IMG/VR virus record: IMGVR_UViG_3300022177_000062
Coordinates: 10,593 to 74,592 of that record
Origin: a virus
Length of the DNA stretch: 64,000 nucleotides
Strand: one strand, 5' to 3'
A program made the position numbers and the translations under genes. The notes beneath the pieces are model-generated. The model saw only the letters and a list, made by a program, of their open reading frames with translations, was not told the DNA's origin and made no database searches. Of this stretch, positions 28,599 through 37,454 are shown one piece after another. How positions within the stretch are numbered: the first letter of the stretch is position 1; each line of letters opens with the position of its first letter.

Positions 28599-29670
28599 TG
28601 TACAAATCTGGAACTGTGACTGCGTACAGGGAATGGCCGATTTCCTGCCTGACAATTCTGTAGAATGTTGCATCACGTCTATACCGTTTGCGGCCCTCTT
28701 TTCATACAGCCACAAAACCGAAGACATCGGCAATTGCCAGGACTCCGATAACCTCATGTCCTGCCAGTTCTCGGTTCATATCCGGTATGCCTTTGAACAG
28801 CTATTCAGGGTTCTGAAACCGGGAAGCATATTTTGCTGTCATGTCCAACAGCTCCTGACATACAAGGTCCAGCACGGTTTTATGGGAATGCGAGACTTCC
28901 GCGGCGCCGTGATTAGCATGGCGCAGAACCACGGTTTTTTTCCCCACGGCGAAGTAGCCATAGTCAAGAACCCCCGGAACATAGCGAAACGGAACAACCT
29001 GCACTCGCTCATGTTCGTAACCGGGGCGCGCGATGCAAGGGCGTTGTCCCCGGCTATGAACGACTATGTCTTATTCTTCCGCAAGCCTGCCAGCGATGCA
29101 GACCCGGCCGGAAGGGTTCACGGAATCATCGAGACACAGAAGGAGATCATGCTTGTCGAACCATCCCCGATCATCGACTACATTGACCACGGCAATATCA
29201 AGCGGGTTAAGAAGGAGTATCGGGATATCCCGTATAAGATCGTCTCATTTGATGAACGGCTGGGAACCACAGTCACCCGGACCGTGACTGGCGGTGAAGG
29301 TATAAACCGGGACGGATGGTTCACGAAGGAGGATTGGATAAAGTGGGCTCACGGGTGTTGGACCGACATACTGGAAATCGACACTCTGGACGGGTACAAG
29401 TGTGCAAGAGAAAACGAGGAAGAAAAGCATGTCTGTCCTCTTCAACTCGAAGTGATCCGCCGCTGTATCAAGCTCTACACGAACCCAGGCGATACCGTCC
29501 TTGACCCCTTTATGGGTATTGGCAGCGTTGCCTACGTCGCAGTGGAGCAAGGCCGCAACGCCATCGGCTTCGAGCTGAAAGAGTCCTACCACCGCATGGC
29601 CTTGGCCAACATTGAGAAAGCCCAGAATGGTACGGGCCAACAAATATCCCTGTTCTCGGAGGCGATATGA
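28591..29670 (+). CDS. DNA N6-adenine/N4-cytosine methyltransferase (beta class)
   Basis: TSIPF (motif IV) precedes VLDPFMGIGS (motif I). Confidence 0.85.
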   Translation: MSDVQIWNCDCVQGMADFLPDNSVECCITSIPFAALFSYSHKTEDIGNCQDSDNLMSCQFSVHIRYAFEQLFRVLKPGSIFCCHVQQLLTYKVQHGFMGMRDFRGAVISMAQNHGFFPHGEVAIVKNPRNIAKRNNLHSLMFVTGARDARALSPAMNDYVLFFRKPASDADPAGRVHGIIETQKEIMLVEPSPIIDYIDHGNIKRVKKEYRDIPYKIVSFDERLGTTVTRTVTGGEGINRDGWFTKEDWIKWAHGCWTDILEIDTLDGYKCARENEEEKHVCPLQLEVIRRCIKLYTNPGDTVLDPFMGIGSVAYVAVEQGRNAIGFELKESYHRMALANIEKAQNGTGQQISLFSEAI

Positions 29671-30044
29671 TCGTTTACGTCTCATCCCCCTATTCTGCCG
29701 AGACCATGGAACAGGTCACGGCGAACGTGGCCTTTGCCAACGAAATAGGCAAACAGACGCTCGTTGCGGGGCACGTTCCCATTATCCCCCATGTCATGTC
29801 CGCGTTCTGGGACCTTGACGGCCGTCTTCAGAACTTCTCCCATGCTGACTGGATGTTCAAGTATGCCCTGCCCCTTCTGGAGATTGCCGATGCCATTCTC
29901 CTGGCCGGATCATGGGAATCCTCAAAGGGCTGTCTTATTGAGCTTGGCCGGGCAAGGGGCTTGGGTAAGAAAATCTTCTACGGCATGGACGAACTTAAAA
30001 AATACAAGGAGGTAATAGGTGAAGATAACCGGCATACAGCTTAA
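29667..30044 (+). CDS. DUF4406/nucleoside deoxyribosyltransferase-like protein
   Basis: VYVSSPYS...WESSKGCLIE. Confidence 0.6.
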   Translation: MIVYVSSPYSAETMEQVTANVAFANEIGKQTLVAGHVPIIPHVMSAFWDLDGRLQNFSHADWMFKYALPLLEIADAILLAGSWESSKGCLIELGRARGLGKKIFYGMDELKKYKEVIGEDNRHTA

Positions 30045-31569
30045 AAACTTTCTCATCTTCAAGGAACTGAAGCTCGGTGGTGATGATGCTCCCCTGTCAC
30101 CGCACATGAACCTGCTGATGGGCAAAAACAAGAAGGGTAAAACCGACGTCCTGAAGTCGATACCGGCCGGGCTATTCGGCAATCTCGATCCCTCGATGAT
30201 CCGAACCGGCGAAGAGAAGTCGGAGATCATCATTGACCTAGAAGCGTACAAGATCAGGCGCACGATCACCCAGAAGGGAACCAAGGGCCTCAAGGTGACG
30301 AGTACGGACGGGTCAGTCAACACGAGCCTCCAAACCTACATCGACAGCCTCATAGGAATCGCCGACAAGGAAAAAAGGGGCTTCCTGTTCAATCCGATCG
30401 CCCTGGTCCTCTCCGACGATAAAGCCAAATACCTGCGCGACCTCTTCAAGACCACGATGAAGCCCGAGGACCTGAAGGATATCCCCGAGGAATTCACGGA
30501 CGGCATCGACTACACGATGGACGGCATGGACATCATCAATCTCCTGGCCAACGAAAAGACCGGTCTCATCTACCGGAAGCGGGGAGAGCTGAACAAGGCC
30601 GCCGAACAGAAGCTGGCATTGCTGAACGGGAAGCTAGAGGCGATCAAGGGATTCGACGCGAACGCCTATCAACCCGGCGCAGTCGAGGAGCTGTCGAAAC
30701 AGATCGGCATTCTCAGGCAGGAAATCTCAAGTGCCGAAAAGCTACAGGAACTGGAAAAGAAGAACAAGCCGCTCCGGGAAGACCTCGAAAGGAAGATTGC
30801 GAGTGCCGAAGAGCTGTTGAAGGCCCTGAAGGGTGACAAGGAAATAGCTGACGAACGGGTCGTGCTCACCACGGAGATGGACGACATTCGCCGGCAGATC
30901 AGGGAGCTTCAGACGAGGCTTGAAGGAAAAGAAACGGCCCTCAAGGCTCTTGATGACACAAAGAAACAGCGCAAGGACCTCGAAGAGAGCCTGACGAACT
31001 GGCGGGAAACCCTTGAAGCCATCAAGATCAAGGACATGCCCGACATCGAGGAGTTGAACGTTCATCTTCAGGCCAAAGAGGCGGAACACGAAACCGCGCT
31101 GGCCGAAGAAGCAAAGTACGACCTGTGGCTTGAGGCTGAGCAGGACATCCGGCCCGAATACGAGAAGAAGAAGGCCGAAGCCGACAAGCTCACCGATAAC
31201 CTGAAGTACCTGCGGAAAGACCTCGCCACGAAGCTCACGAAGGAAGCCAACATACCCATCGACAACCTGCGTATCGAAGGAAACACCGTCTGGGTCGGCG
31301 ATATCAGCGTGGACAACATGAGCACCAGCGAACAGATGCTCATGGGGCTGGACATGACCAAGCGTCTGAACGCCGGTGCGCCCTTCCAGGTTCTCATTTG
31401 CGACCGTGTCGAATCCCTGGATGACGAGTCCTTTGCCGTTCTGCAACAGTGGGTTATCGAGAACGATTGTCAATTGTTCGCCAGCGCCGTCTATCATCGC
31501 GGTCAGGAGATTCCCGCCGGAGCATTGATAGTTGAGGATGGCACGGTGAGTAAGGCCGTCAACGAGTAA
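30019..31569 (+). CDS. SMC/Rad50-like AAA ATPase
   Basis: Walker A GKNKKGKT, long coiled coil, MSTSEQ signature, ICDRVE Walker B. Confidence 0.8.
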   Translation: MKITGIQLKNFLIFKELKLGGDDAPLSPHMNLLMGKNKKGKTDVLKSIPAGLFGNLDPSMIRTGEEKSEIIIDLEAYKIRRTITQKGTKGLKVTSTDGSVNTSLQTYIDSLIGIADKEKRGFLFNPIALVLSDDKAKYLRDLFKTTMKPEDLKDIPEEFTDGIDYTMDGMDIINLLANEKTGLIYRKRGELNKAAEQKLALLNGKLEAIKGFDANAYQPGAVEELSKQIGILRQEISSAEKLQELEKKNKPLREDLERKIASAEELLKALKGDKEIADERVVLTTEMDDIRRQIRELQTRLEGKETALKALDDTKKQRKDLEESLTNWRETLEAIKIKDMPDIEELNVHLQAKEAEHETALAEEAKYDLWLEAEQDIRPEYEKKKAEADKLTDNLKYLRKDLATKLTKEANIPIDNLRIEGNTVWVGDISVDNMSTSEQMLMGLDMTKRLNAGAPFQVLICDRVESLDDESFAVLQQWVIENDCQLFASAVYHRGQEIPAGALIVEDGTVSKAVNE

Positions 31570-31580
31570 TGATACTGCTC

Positions 31581-31670
31581 GGCTGGCTGGGCGCGGACAG
31601 GAGAGGCGTGGAAAGGAGAGGCGAGGCGCGGACAGGAGAGGCGTGGCGGGGCTAGGCTTGGCAGGCAAGG
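31581..31670 (+). repeat. Pentamer array 1: 15 in-register GG(C/A)NN units plus terminal GGCAGGCAAGG (candidate guide RNA)
   Basis: Intergenic; exact 5-nt phasing at 31585-31659. Confidence 0.85.
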
Positions 31671-31712
31671 AAGTAACACCCCTACGGGGGAAAATACACT
31701 AAGGAGGTCGCA

Positions 31713-32360
31713 ATGGCGACAGAAAAGAAAGCAGTAACAATTTCAGCACCGAAAATCAAAACGGCCGTATTCGAGATCACAGGCGTAGCGCCGCTGGTTA
31801 TCCATCGTTTCAGCGCGAAGACCAAGAACGAAATGAAACTGAAAATGGAAACTGGCAAGGCGGCATCAAGCAAGAAAAACAGAGAGGCCAAGAACACTGA
31901 CGACCTGTACAACGAGGCCCGGTACATCTCGCAGGAAGGTTGGGATGGGCTTCATGCTGGGGCGATCAGGGCCGCTCTTATCTCAGCATGCCGTCTCGTC
32001 GGGTTCAAAATGACCCTTGCCAAGTTGTCTGTGTTCGTCGTTCAGGATGGTTGGGACGCACAGGAACCCCAGATTCCGCTTATCCGCATCTACGGTGACC
32101 CTGTCAAGCAGGAAGACATGGCAAGGGTGGAAACAGGACAGCCGTATGTCACGGTCAGGGCGGCTTACCGGGACTGGAAAGCAAAGGTCAAAATTCGTTT
32201 CGATGAAGACCAGTTCACCATAGACGATATCTACAATCTGCTTTACCGGGTAGGTATGCAGGTCGGTGTCGGAGAGGGAAGACCGGACAGCAAGAAAAGC
32301 GTTGGCATGGGCTGGGGGCTGTTCGAGGTAAACGGAGGTGAGATACATGAAGGCAAATAA
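31713..32360 (+). CDS. RAMP/Cas7-like RNA-binding protein
   Basis: N-terminal FEITGVAPLVIH, central AGAIRAAL, C-terminal glycine loop GVGEGRP...GMGWGLFEV. Confidence 0.65.
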   Translation: MATEKKAVTISAPKIKTAVFEITGVAPLVIHRFSAKTKNEMKLKMETGKAASSKKNREAKNTDDLYNEARYISQEGWDGLHAGAIRAALISACRLVGFKMTLAKLSVFVVQDGWDAQEPQIPLIRIYGDPVKQEDMARVETGQPYVTVRAAYRDWKAKVKIRFDEDQFTIDDIYNLLYRVGMQVGVGEGRPDSKKSVGMGWGLFEVNGGEIHEGK

Positions 32361-32853
32361 CGCTGCAAAACAGATCAAAGAGCCGCTCACCGTATCAGAA
32401 GAACTTTTGTTTCTCAAAGACACGAACGGAGGGCTTCTTGACCCGGCAAAGGTTGTCGATTACGCACGAAACCCCGATACCGCCTTGCACACTCGCTTTG
32501 AATGGGATGATAGCAAGGCGGCGGAAGACTATCGTCTGTGGCAGGCGCGAAAGATCATCAGCCTTGAACTGGTGGTTATCCGCCAAAATATCGGAGAGGT
32601 TGCGCAGATCGTTGTCAACTTGGAAGAAAGAACTAACAAGGACAAACCTGTCAGGGCGTTTGTCTCTCTTAAGCAGGACAGGCGCGGTGACGAAGCCTGC
32701 GGATATCGAAGCATCTATGACGTACTGTCTGACGAGGGCTTGAGGAAGCAGCTACTGGATGAAGCCCGTGGTGATATGCGGATGTTCAAGAAAAAGTACG
32801 ACACGTTGAATGAATTGGCAAAGGTCTTTTCGGCCATGGAAGAGGTGCTGTAA
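32347..32853 (+). CDS. Conserved partner of the RAMP-like protein
   Basis: Overlaps the RAMP-like stop; LDPAKVVDYARNPDTALHTRFEWDDSKAAEDYRLWQAR. Confidence 0.6.
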   Translation: MKANNAAKQIKEPLTVSEELLFLKDTNGGLLDPAKVVDYARNPDTALHTRFEWDDSKAAEDYRLWQARKIISLELVVIRQNIGEVAQIVVNLEERTNKDKPVRAFVSLKQDRRGDEACGYRSIYDVLSDEGLRKQLLDEARGDMRMFKKKYDTLNELAKVFSAMEEVL

Positions 32854-32857
32854 CCAT

Positions 32858-32964
32858 GGCAACACGGCCCGGCTTGGAGTGGCTATGCAGGCAAGGAACG
32901 GCTTGGCACGGCGTGGCTCGGCGAGGCGTGGCGGGGAACGGTACGTCTGGGCGCGGCTAAGCAC
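32858..32964 (+). repeat. Pentamer array 2: 4 units, TGCAGGCAAGG, then a 14-unit in-register run (candidate guide RNA)
   Basis: Intergenic; 5-nt phasing at 32866-32885 and 32890-32959. Confidence 0.85.
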
Positions 32965-32999
32965 AAAACAAGATTAACAGCAAACGGAGATCAAACACT

Positions 33000-33557
33000 A
33001 TGGCTCATAAACACGCAAAACTTATCAGACGGGCATTCGCAAAATGTCCCCTTCTTATCGCCATGTACTCCCGTTTGGACAGCGAGACCTACAAAGGCAT
33101 TAAACGCAAGGGCAAGCTTTCCATCCTTGCGCCCGAGAAGCGACGGGTCTACCAGCACGCAAAGGGGTTGACCGCCCTTCTCGTCATTTGTTCCATCCTC
33201 CTTCTGTCAACGGGGCGTACACACCAGGCAAGAGCACAAAGCCCCGTTGACACCCTTGTTCCCGCAATCATCAAAGTGGAGTCGAACGGAAACCCGCGCG
33301 CAGTGAGCAAGAAAGGGGCAATCGGTCTGATGCAGGTGCGCTGGTGTGTCTGGAAGGACGAGTTGAAGAAAGCAGGCATAGCCAAACACAGGGGCGAACT
33401 ACTGGACCCAACGGTAAACGTACGGGCCGGTAAGTTCGTCCTTACTCACTATCTCAAGAAGCACCGGGGAGATGTCAGGAAAGCCCTGCACAGCTATTCA
33501 GGCGGGGCGAAGGGGTATTACAGGAAGGTAATGGAGGTGCACAATGATAAGCCTTAA
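33000..33557 (+). CDS. SLT-family lytic transglycosylase
   Basis: AIIKVESNGNPRAVSKKGAIGLMQV. Confidence 0.85.
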   Translation: MAHKHAKLIRRAFAKCPLLIAMYSRLDSETYKGIKRKGKLSILAPEKRRVYQHAKGLTALLVICSILLLSTGRTHQARAQSPVDTLVPAIIKVESNGNPRAVSKKGAIGLMQVRWCVWKDELKKAGIAKHRGELLDPTVNVRAGKFVLTHYLKKHRGDVRKALHSYSGGAKGYYRKVMEVHNDKP

Positions 33558-33602
33558 CAGGTCTCTTCCCGATGACGACGAGGAAGAGGAGGAGAGAGCA
33601 AG

Positions 33603-33788
33603 ATGAGCCACGGGACAAGAATGAAGCTATCGGGTATTGCGCTGGTGCTATTCACCCTCTTCTCTATCGGCCTGCTCTACAGATTGGGCTATCAGGACGG
33701 ATGGAACGACCGGGCGAAACGGGACAGTGGCACGTCGTTAACATATCGTAGCACTGTGGTCCTCGCTGGTCCGGGGGTGAACAGATGA
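33603..33788 (+). CDS. Small membrane protein
   Basis: One TM segment, GYQDGW. Confidence 0.5.
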   Translation: MSHGTRMKLSGIALVLFTLFSIGLLYRLGYQDGWNDRAKRDSGTSLTYRSTVVLAGPGVNR

Positions 33789-35113
33789 TTGCCGATGTCA
33801 TTATCAAGGCGGCTGGTATGGAACCGCCCGAATCGCAGCCCTATTTCCCCCGGCCAAGCGGTGCCGGACCGGAAAGGTGCATGAGACAGATGGTCTACCA
33901 TGCTCTCGGGATCGCCCCGGATCAGAAGCGGAATGATCGCTTCATCCTGGTGCTCGATGATTCAAGCATTCACGAAACGCTCACCGAGGACTGGCTGAAC
34001 AAGACGGTCTTTCAGCTCCACAGTCAGCAAATGGCGGTCAACCTCGACTTAACAGACATGTTCCCGGATGCCAGGGAGTGGATACCGGAAAGAATCTGTG
34101 AGACCTGCGCCAAGCTCGTGGAGAGCGGAGCCCTGCAACCGGGTAGCGAGATTATTCCGGCCGGTATCATTCATGGTCACATCGACGGCATCGTCACGGA
34201 CATGATGTTCGTGGATACCCACTACGAGCACAAGGGCCTCAATCATTTCACGTTCGAGAAAATCTGGAATAGCGAAGCCTTTCCGCAGGACTATATCACG
34301 CAATGCTGCATCTACCAGCGCGGTATCAGGGTCAATCTCAATCCGGACATAACCCGTAGCGTTCTGTTAATCAAGAACAAGAACACCGCGGCGTACATGG
34401 ATTTCCTCATCGAGTATGATCTTGAAACCGATACCGCCTATATCATCGAGATGTCCCGGTCCAGCGGCGAAAAGGTCGTGGGAAGCCGGGAAGAACCGAT
34501 CTTCGTCATGGAAAACATCGTAAGAAACGCCATGGCCAAGTTCAGGGAAGTCTATATCCACGTTCAGAACGGGACCTTCCCGGACCGGCAGTATGAACTT
34601 TCCGACTGGCAGTGTCAGTATTGCCCATGGGGAAATATCGAAGGCACATGCTGGCAGGGATTCGAGGAAGAGTATAACGCCCTTGGAGCGAACGGCGTCC
34701 TCGACGGGATAGAGGACATACTTGCAAAATACATTCAGGCCAACGCGGATCTCGGGACCAAGAGGAATCCCGGCTTTGAACAGGAATACATCGACCTCAA
34801 GGGCAAGATCATCGCGCTGTTCGATCAGGCCAACGAATTCCTGCGAACCAACCTGCCGGAACTCTGTGCCTATTACCTCGAAACAAAGGGCCACATAGAC
34901 GCCCTTGAAGGCGAGAAGGAAGCGGTCAAAACGGAAGTGCGCGACCTTCTCCGGGAGAACCGTGTGCGTAAGGCCACGGCAGGTCCCTATGTTGTCGATG
35001 ATCGCCTTGATAAGTATTCATACCTGAACCGGGACAAACTTGATCCTGCCGCCGTCATACAGGCCACAGAGCAGCGTTTCAAACGTGTCCTGACCATCAG
35101 GAGACCAAAATAA
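33785..35113 (+). CDS. Cas4/RecB-like PD-(D/E)XK exonuclease
   Basis: RPS...C.RQ..Y, GHIDG, EHK, Q...Y, CQYCPW...C. Confidence 0.75.
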   Translation: MIADVIIKAAGMEPPESQPYFPRPSGAGPERCMRQMVYHALGIAPDQKRNDRFILVLDDSSIHETLTEDWLNKTVFQLHSQQMAVNLDLTDMFPDAREWIPERICETCAKLVESGALQPGSEIIPAGIIHGHIDGIVTDMMFVDTHYEHKGLNHFTFEKIWNSEAFPQDYITQCCIYQRGIRVNLNPDITRSVLLIKNKNTAAYMDFLIEYDLETDTAYIIEMSRSSGEKVVGSREEPIFVMENIVRNAMAKFREVYIHVQNGTFPDRQYELSDWQCQYCPWGNIEGTCWQGFEEEYNALGANGVLDGIEDILAKYIQANADLGTKRNPGFEQEYIDLKGKIIALFDQANEFLRTNLPELCAYYLETKGHIDALEGEKEAVKTEVRDLLRENRVRKATAGPYVVDDRLDKYSYLNRDKLDPAAVIQATEQRFKRVLTIRRPK

Positions 35114-35121
35114 AGGAGGCT

Positions 35122-35850
35122 ATGTTGAGAGAGTTAACGAGGACAGACCTCGCTTTCGTTGTGTCGCGGATTCCTAAAGACATCCGCGAGCTGGTACAGA
35201 AATACCCATCACTGAGGGTTGCAGGCGGTTTCATCCGAGCAACCATAGCGCGCGAGAAGGTTTCCGATATCGACTTGTTCGGTGCTGACAAGGCCACACT
35301 GGAAATGGCTGCGAAGGATCTTGCGCTCGACCGGAAAGGCAGAACGCATGAGACGAAGAACGCCATTACCGTCCTAGCCTACCCGCGCAAGCCGGTTCAG
35401 TTCATTACCCGCTGGTGTTTCGATTCCACAGAAAGGCTCCTTGAGTCGTTCGATTATACGATTGCCCAAGCGGCCATCGGTGCGGAGATCAACCCCGATA
35501 ACGGCAAGCCTTTCTGGTTCGGCCTTTGTTCCGATGAATTCTATCCCGATCTGGCCGCGCGCAGGCTCGTCTACACAGCTCCGCAACGCAATGAGGATGC
35601 TGGCGGTTCCATGATGCGGCTCAAAAAGTTTCTCCAGCGCGGCTACACGATCCAGGCGCCGAGCATGGCGGCAGTCATGGCCCGTCTCGTCAGCGGAATC
35701 AGCCTTGAAAGGCTACATAACATTGCCGATGGCGATGAGAAGGAAGTTGGCCGCATGATCTGCAATCTTCTCCGGGAAGTCGACCCGCTGGCAATCATCG
35801 ACGGCTTGGATGTTATTGACGAACACGAAATAGAAGGAGGGGCAGCGTAA
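35122..35850 (+). CDS. Nucleotidyltransferase (tRNA-NTase/poly(A) polymerase head-like)
   Basis: VAGGFIR...DIDLF and FDYTIAQAAI. Confidence 0.65.
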   Translation: MLRELTRTDLAFVVSRIPKDIRELVQKYPSLRVAGGFIRATIAREKVSDIDLFGADKATLEMAAKDLALDRKGRTHETKNAITVLAYPRKPVQFITRWCFDSTERLLESFDYTIAQAAIGAEINPDNGKPFWFGLCSDEFYPDLAARRLVYTAPQRNEDAGGSMMRLKKFLQRGYTIQAPSMAAVMARLVSGISLERLHNIADGDEKEVGRMICNLLREVDPLAIIDGLDVIDEHEIEGGAA

Positions 35851-36977
35851 TGAGCGGTTTCGTAGGTAAGATCACAAAGGTCAAAGGCTTAAGTGAGCGC
35901 AGAAGAATCCCCAGGCTCGGAAAGATCCGTTTGGGGTTCAAGGTGGTTAAGGGAGACAAGGAGTTTCCGGCCGAATGTCCCTTCTTTGTTCTTCCCCAAG
36001 AGGTAGCAGCGGTGTACGGCTTCAAGACACAGGAAGATGCTATGAAGCGCGCCCAGGAACTTGAGGTAAAGAGAAAAGACGTCCTCACTTTCATCCAGAA
36101 GAATTACGCCAAGCTCGCTGAGCAGATCGAGATCATGTTGCCTGTGAACGATATCGGCGCCGTCTTCCCCCAAGCCTACACGTGGTACGGAAAGTCGAAG
36201 GGTGTCAAGTGCATGGGCGACGGCGAACAGGCAACACGCTACAACGAAGCCACCAAGGGCATGGAAGACATTGAGTGCCCGTGCTCAAACCTGCGGTCCG
36301 ATGAGAACCCGAAAGGCGAATGCACCCTTCGGGGACATCTGCAATGTCTCCTGCCCAAGGTCAGCATGGGTGGCATCTACCAGATCGATACCGGAAGCAA
36401 GAACAGCACGATAGACGTCAACTCGGGCATCGAGTACGTCCAGACGATCATGCGGGATGCAGGCGTGACGGCGGTAGGCGAGAATGGTGAATTGGTGGGT
36501 CGTTTCGCCATGGTTCCCCTGATTCTCCGGCGCGTCCCCACGGAGACCCATTTCAACGAGCAGAAGCAGATCCACTACACCCTGCAGCTCCTTCCGGCCC
36601 CGTCCATCGATATAGCGGCCATCAACAGGCTCAGACAGGACACCAGGTTCATCATGTCTCACAACCAGTATGCCCTGCCCCCGGCTGAGAACATCAATCC
36701 GGCCATGGACACCGGGGACGTCATCATAGAGGGCGAGATCGTGAACGAAGGATCCGGCGAAGGCGGTACGGAAAGCGGCGGCTCTGACCAGTTCACCGAG
36801 GCCCAGCAGAAAGAAGCCCTGATAAACAGCATCAAGGAACTTCGCCGCAAGCTGACGAAAGACCAGTTCGAGCCGATCCGGGCCAAGTACAAACCGGATA
36901 TCACGGAATGCACGATAGACGAGCTGAAAGATTTTGAGAAAGAGGTAAAAGACGCCATCGAGAAGAAGGCGGCATAA
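35850..36977 (+). CDS. Gp3-like recombination protein
   Basis: RRIPRLGKIRLG N-terminus, C..C zinc motif; next to the exonuclease. Confidence 0.6.
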   Translation: MSGFVGKITKVKGLSERRRIPRLGKIRLGFKVVKGDKEFPAECPFFVLPQEVAAVYGFKTQEDAMKRAQELEVKRKDVLTFIQKNYAKLAEQIEIMLPVNDIGAVFPQAYTWYGKSKGVKCMGDGEQATRYNEATKGMEDIECPCSNLRSDENPKGECTLRGHLQCLLPKVSMGGIYQIDTGSKNSTIDVNSGIEYVQTIMRDAGVTAVGENGELVGRFAMVPLILRRVPTETHFNEQKQIHYTLQLLPAPSIDIAAINRLRQDTRFIMSHNQYALPPAENINPAMDTGDVIIEGEIVNEGSGEGGTESGGSDQFTEAQQKEALINSIKELRRKLTKDQFEPIRAKYKPDITECTIDELKDFEKEVKDAIEKKAA

Positions 36978-36989
36978 AGGAGGTATAAG

Positions 36990-37454
36990 GTGCGATTCAA
37001 TAAGATTAAACTCAGTAAAGATGCCCGGTATCGCTTCGAGTACGAAGTTGAACGGAACGATGGAGAAGAAAGAGACGAGTTTGCCTGCTCAAGCAAGGAC
37101 CGGCCCCGTCCCGAATTTCTCACCACGCTCGACAAGCTCAAACCGTTCGTCGTGAAAATCTGCGAACTGCCGGCTTCTTACGAAAGCAAGATAGCGGTCC
37201 GAGGTGTCAGCTTTTCCTACGGTGGCGACAGTGAAACGATGGGTGCCACAATCACATCGGTCATGGCCCTTGAGAACAGCACGGGGCCTCTTATCCTGAA
37301 CACCCCGCACAAAACAGAGGCTTTCTACAGCGAACACGGCGACGACAGACAGTTACTCCCCGAAGGGTGTGTTGAGGTCCTGAACGACCTTTGCGACGAG
37401 GCTGAATTGTACGTAAGGGGCGAACGTGCCCAGGGGCGGCTCAATGGATGCTAG
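36990..37454 (+). CDS. Hypothetical protein
   Basis: GTG start, SD AGGAGG. Confidence 0.55.
   Translation: MRFNKIKLSKDARYRFEYEVERNDGEERDEFACSSKDRPRPEFLTTLDKLKPFVVKICELPASYESKIAVRGVSFSYGGDSETMGATITSVMALENSTGPLILNTPHKTEAFYSEHGDDRQLLPEGCVEVLNDLCDEAELYVRGERAQGRLNGC

Noticed and set aside
31569-31655. 28-aa ORF (MILLGWLGADRR...) across array 1
   Set aside because: The 5-nt period is incompatible with codon-level selection and the peptide is low-complexity
31581-32964. Canonical CRISPR array
   Set aside because: No 23-50-bp repeats with unique spacers and no cas1/cas2; the repeats are phased pentamers, reported separately
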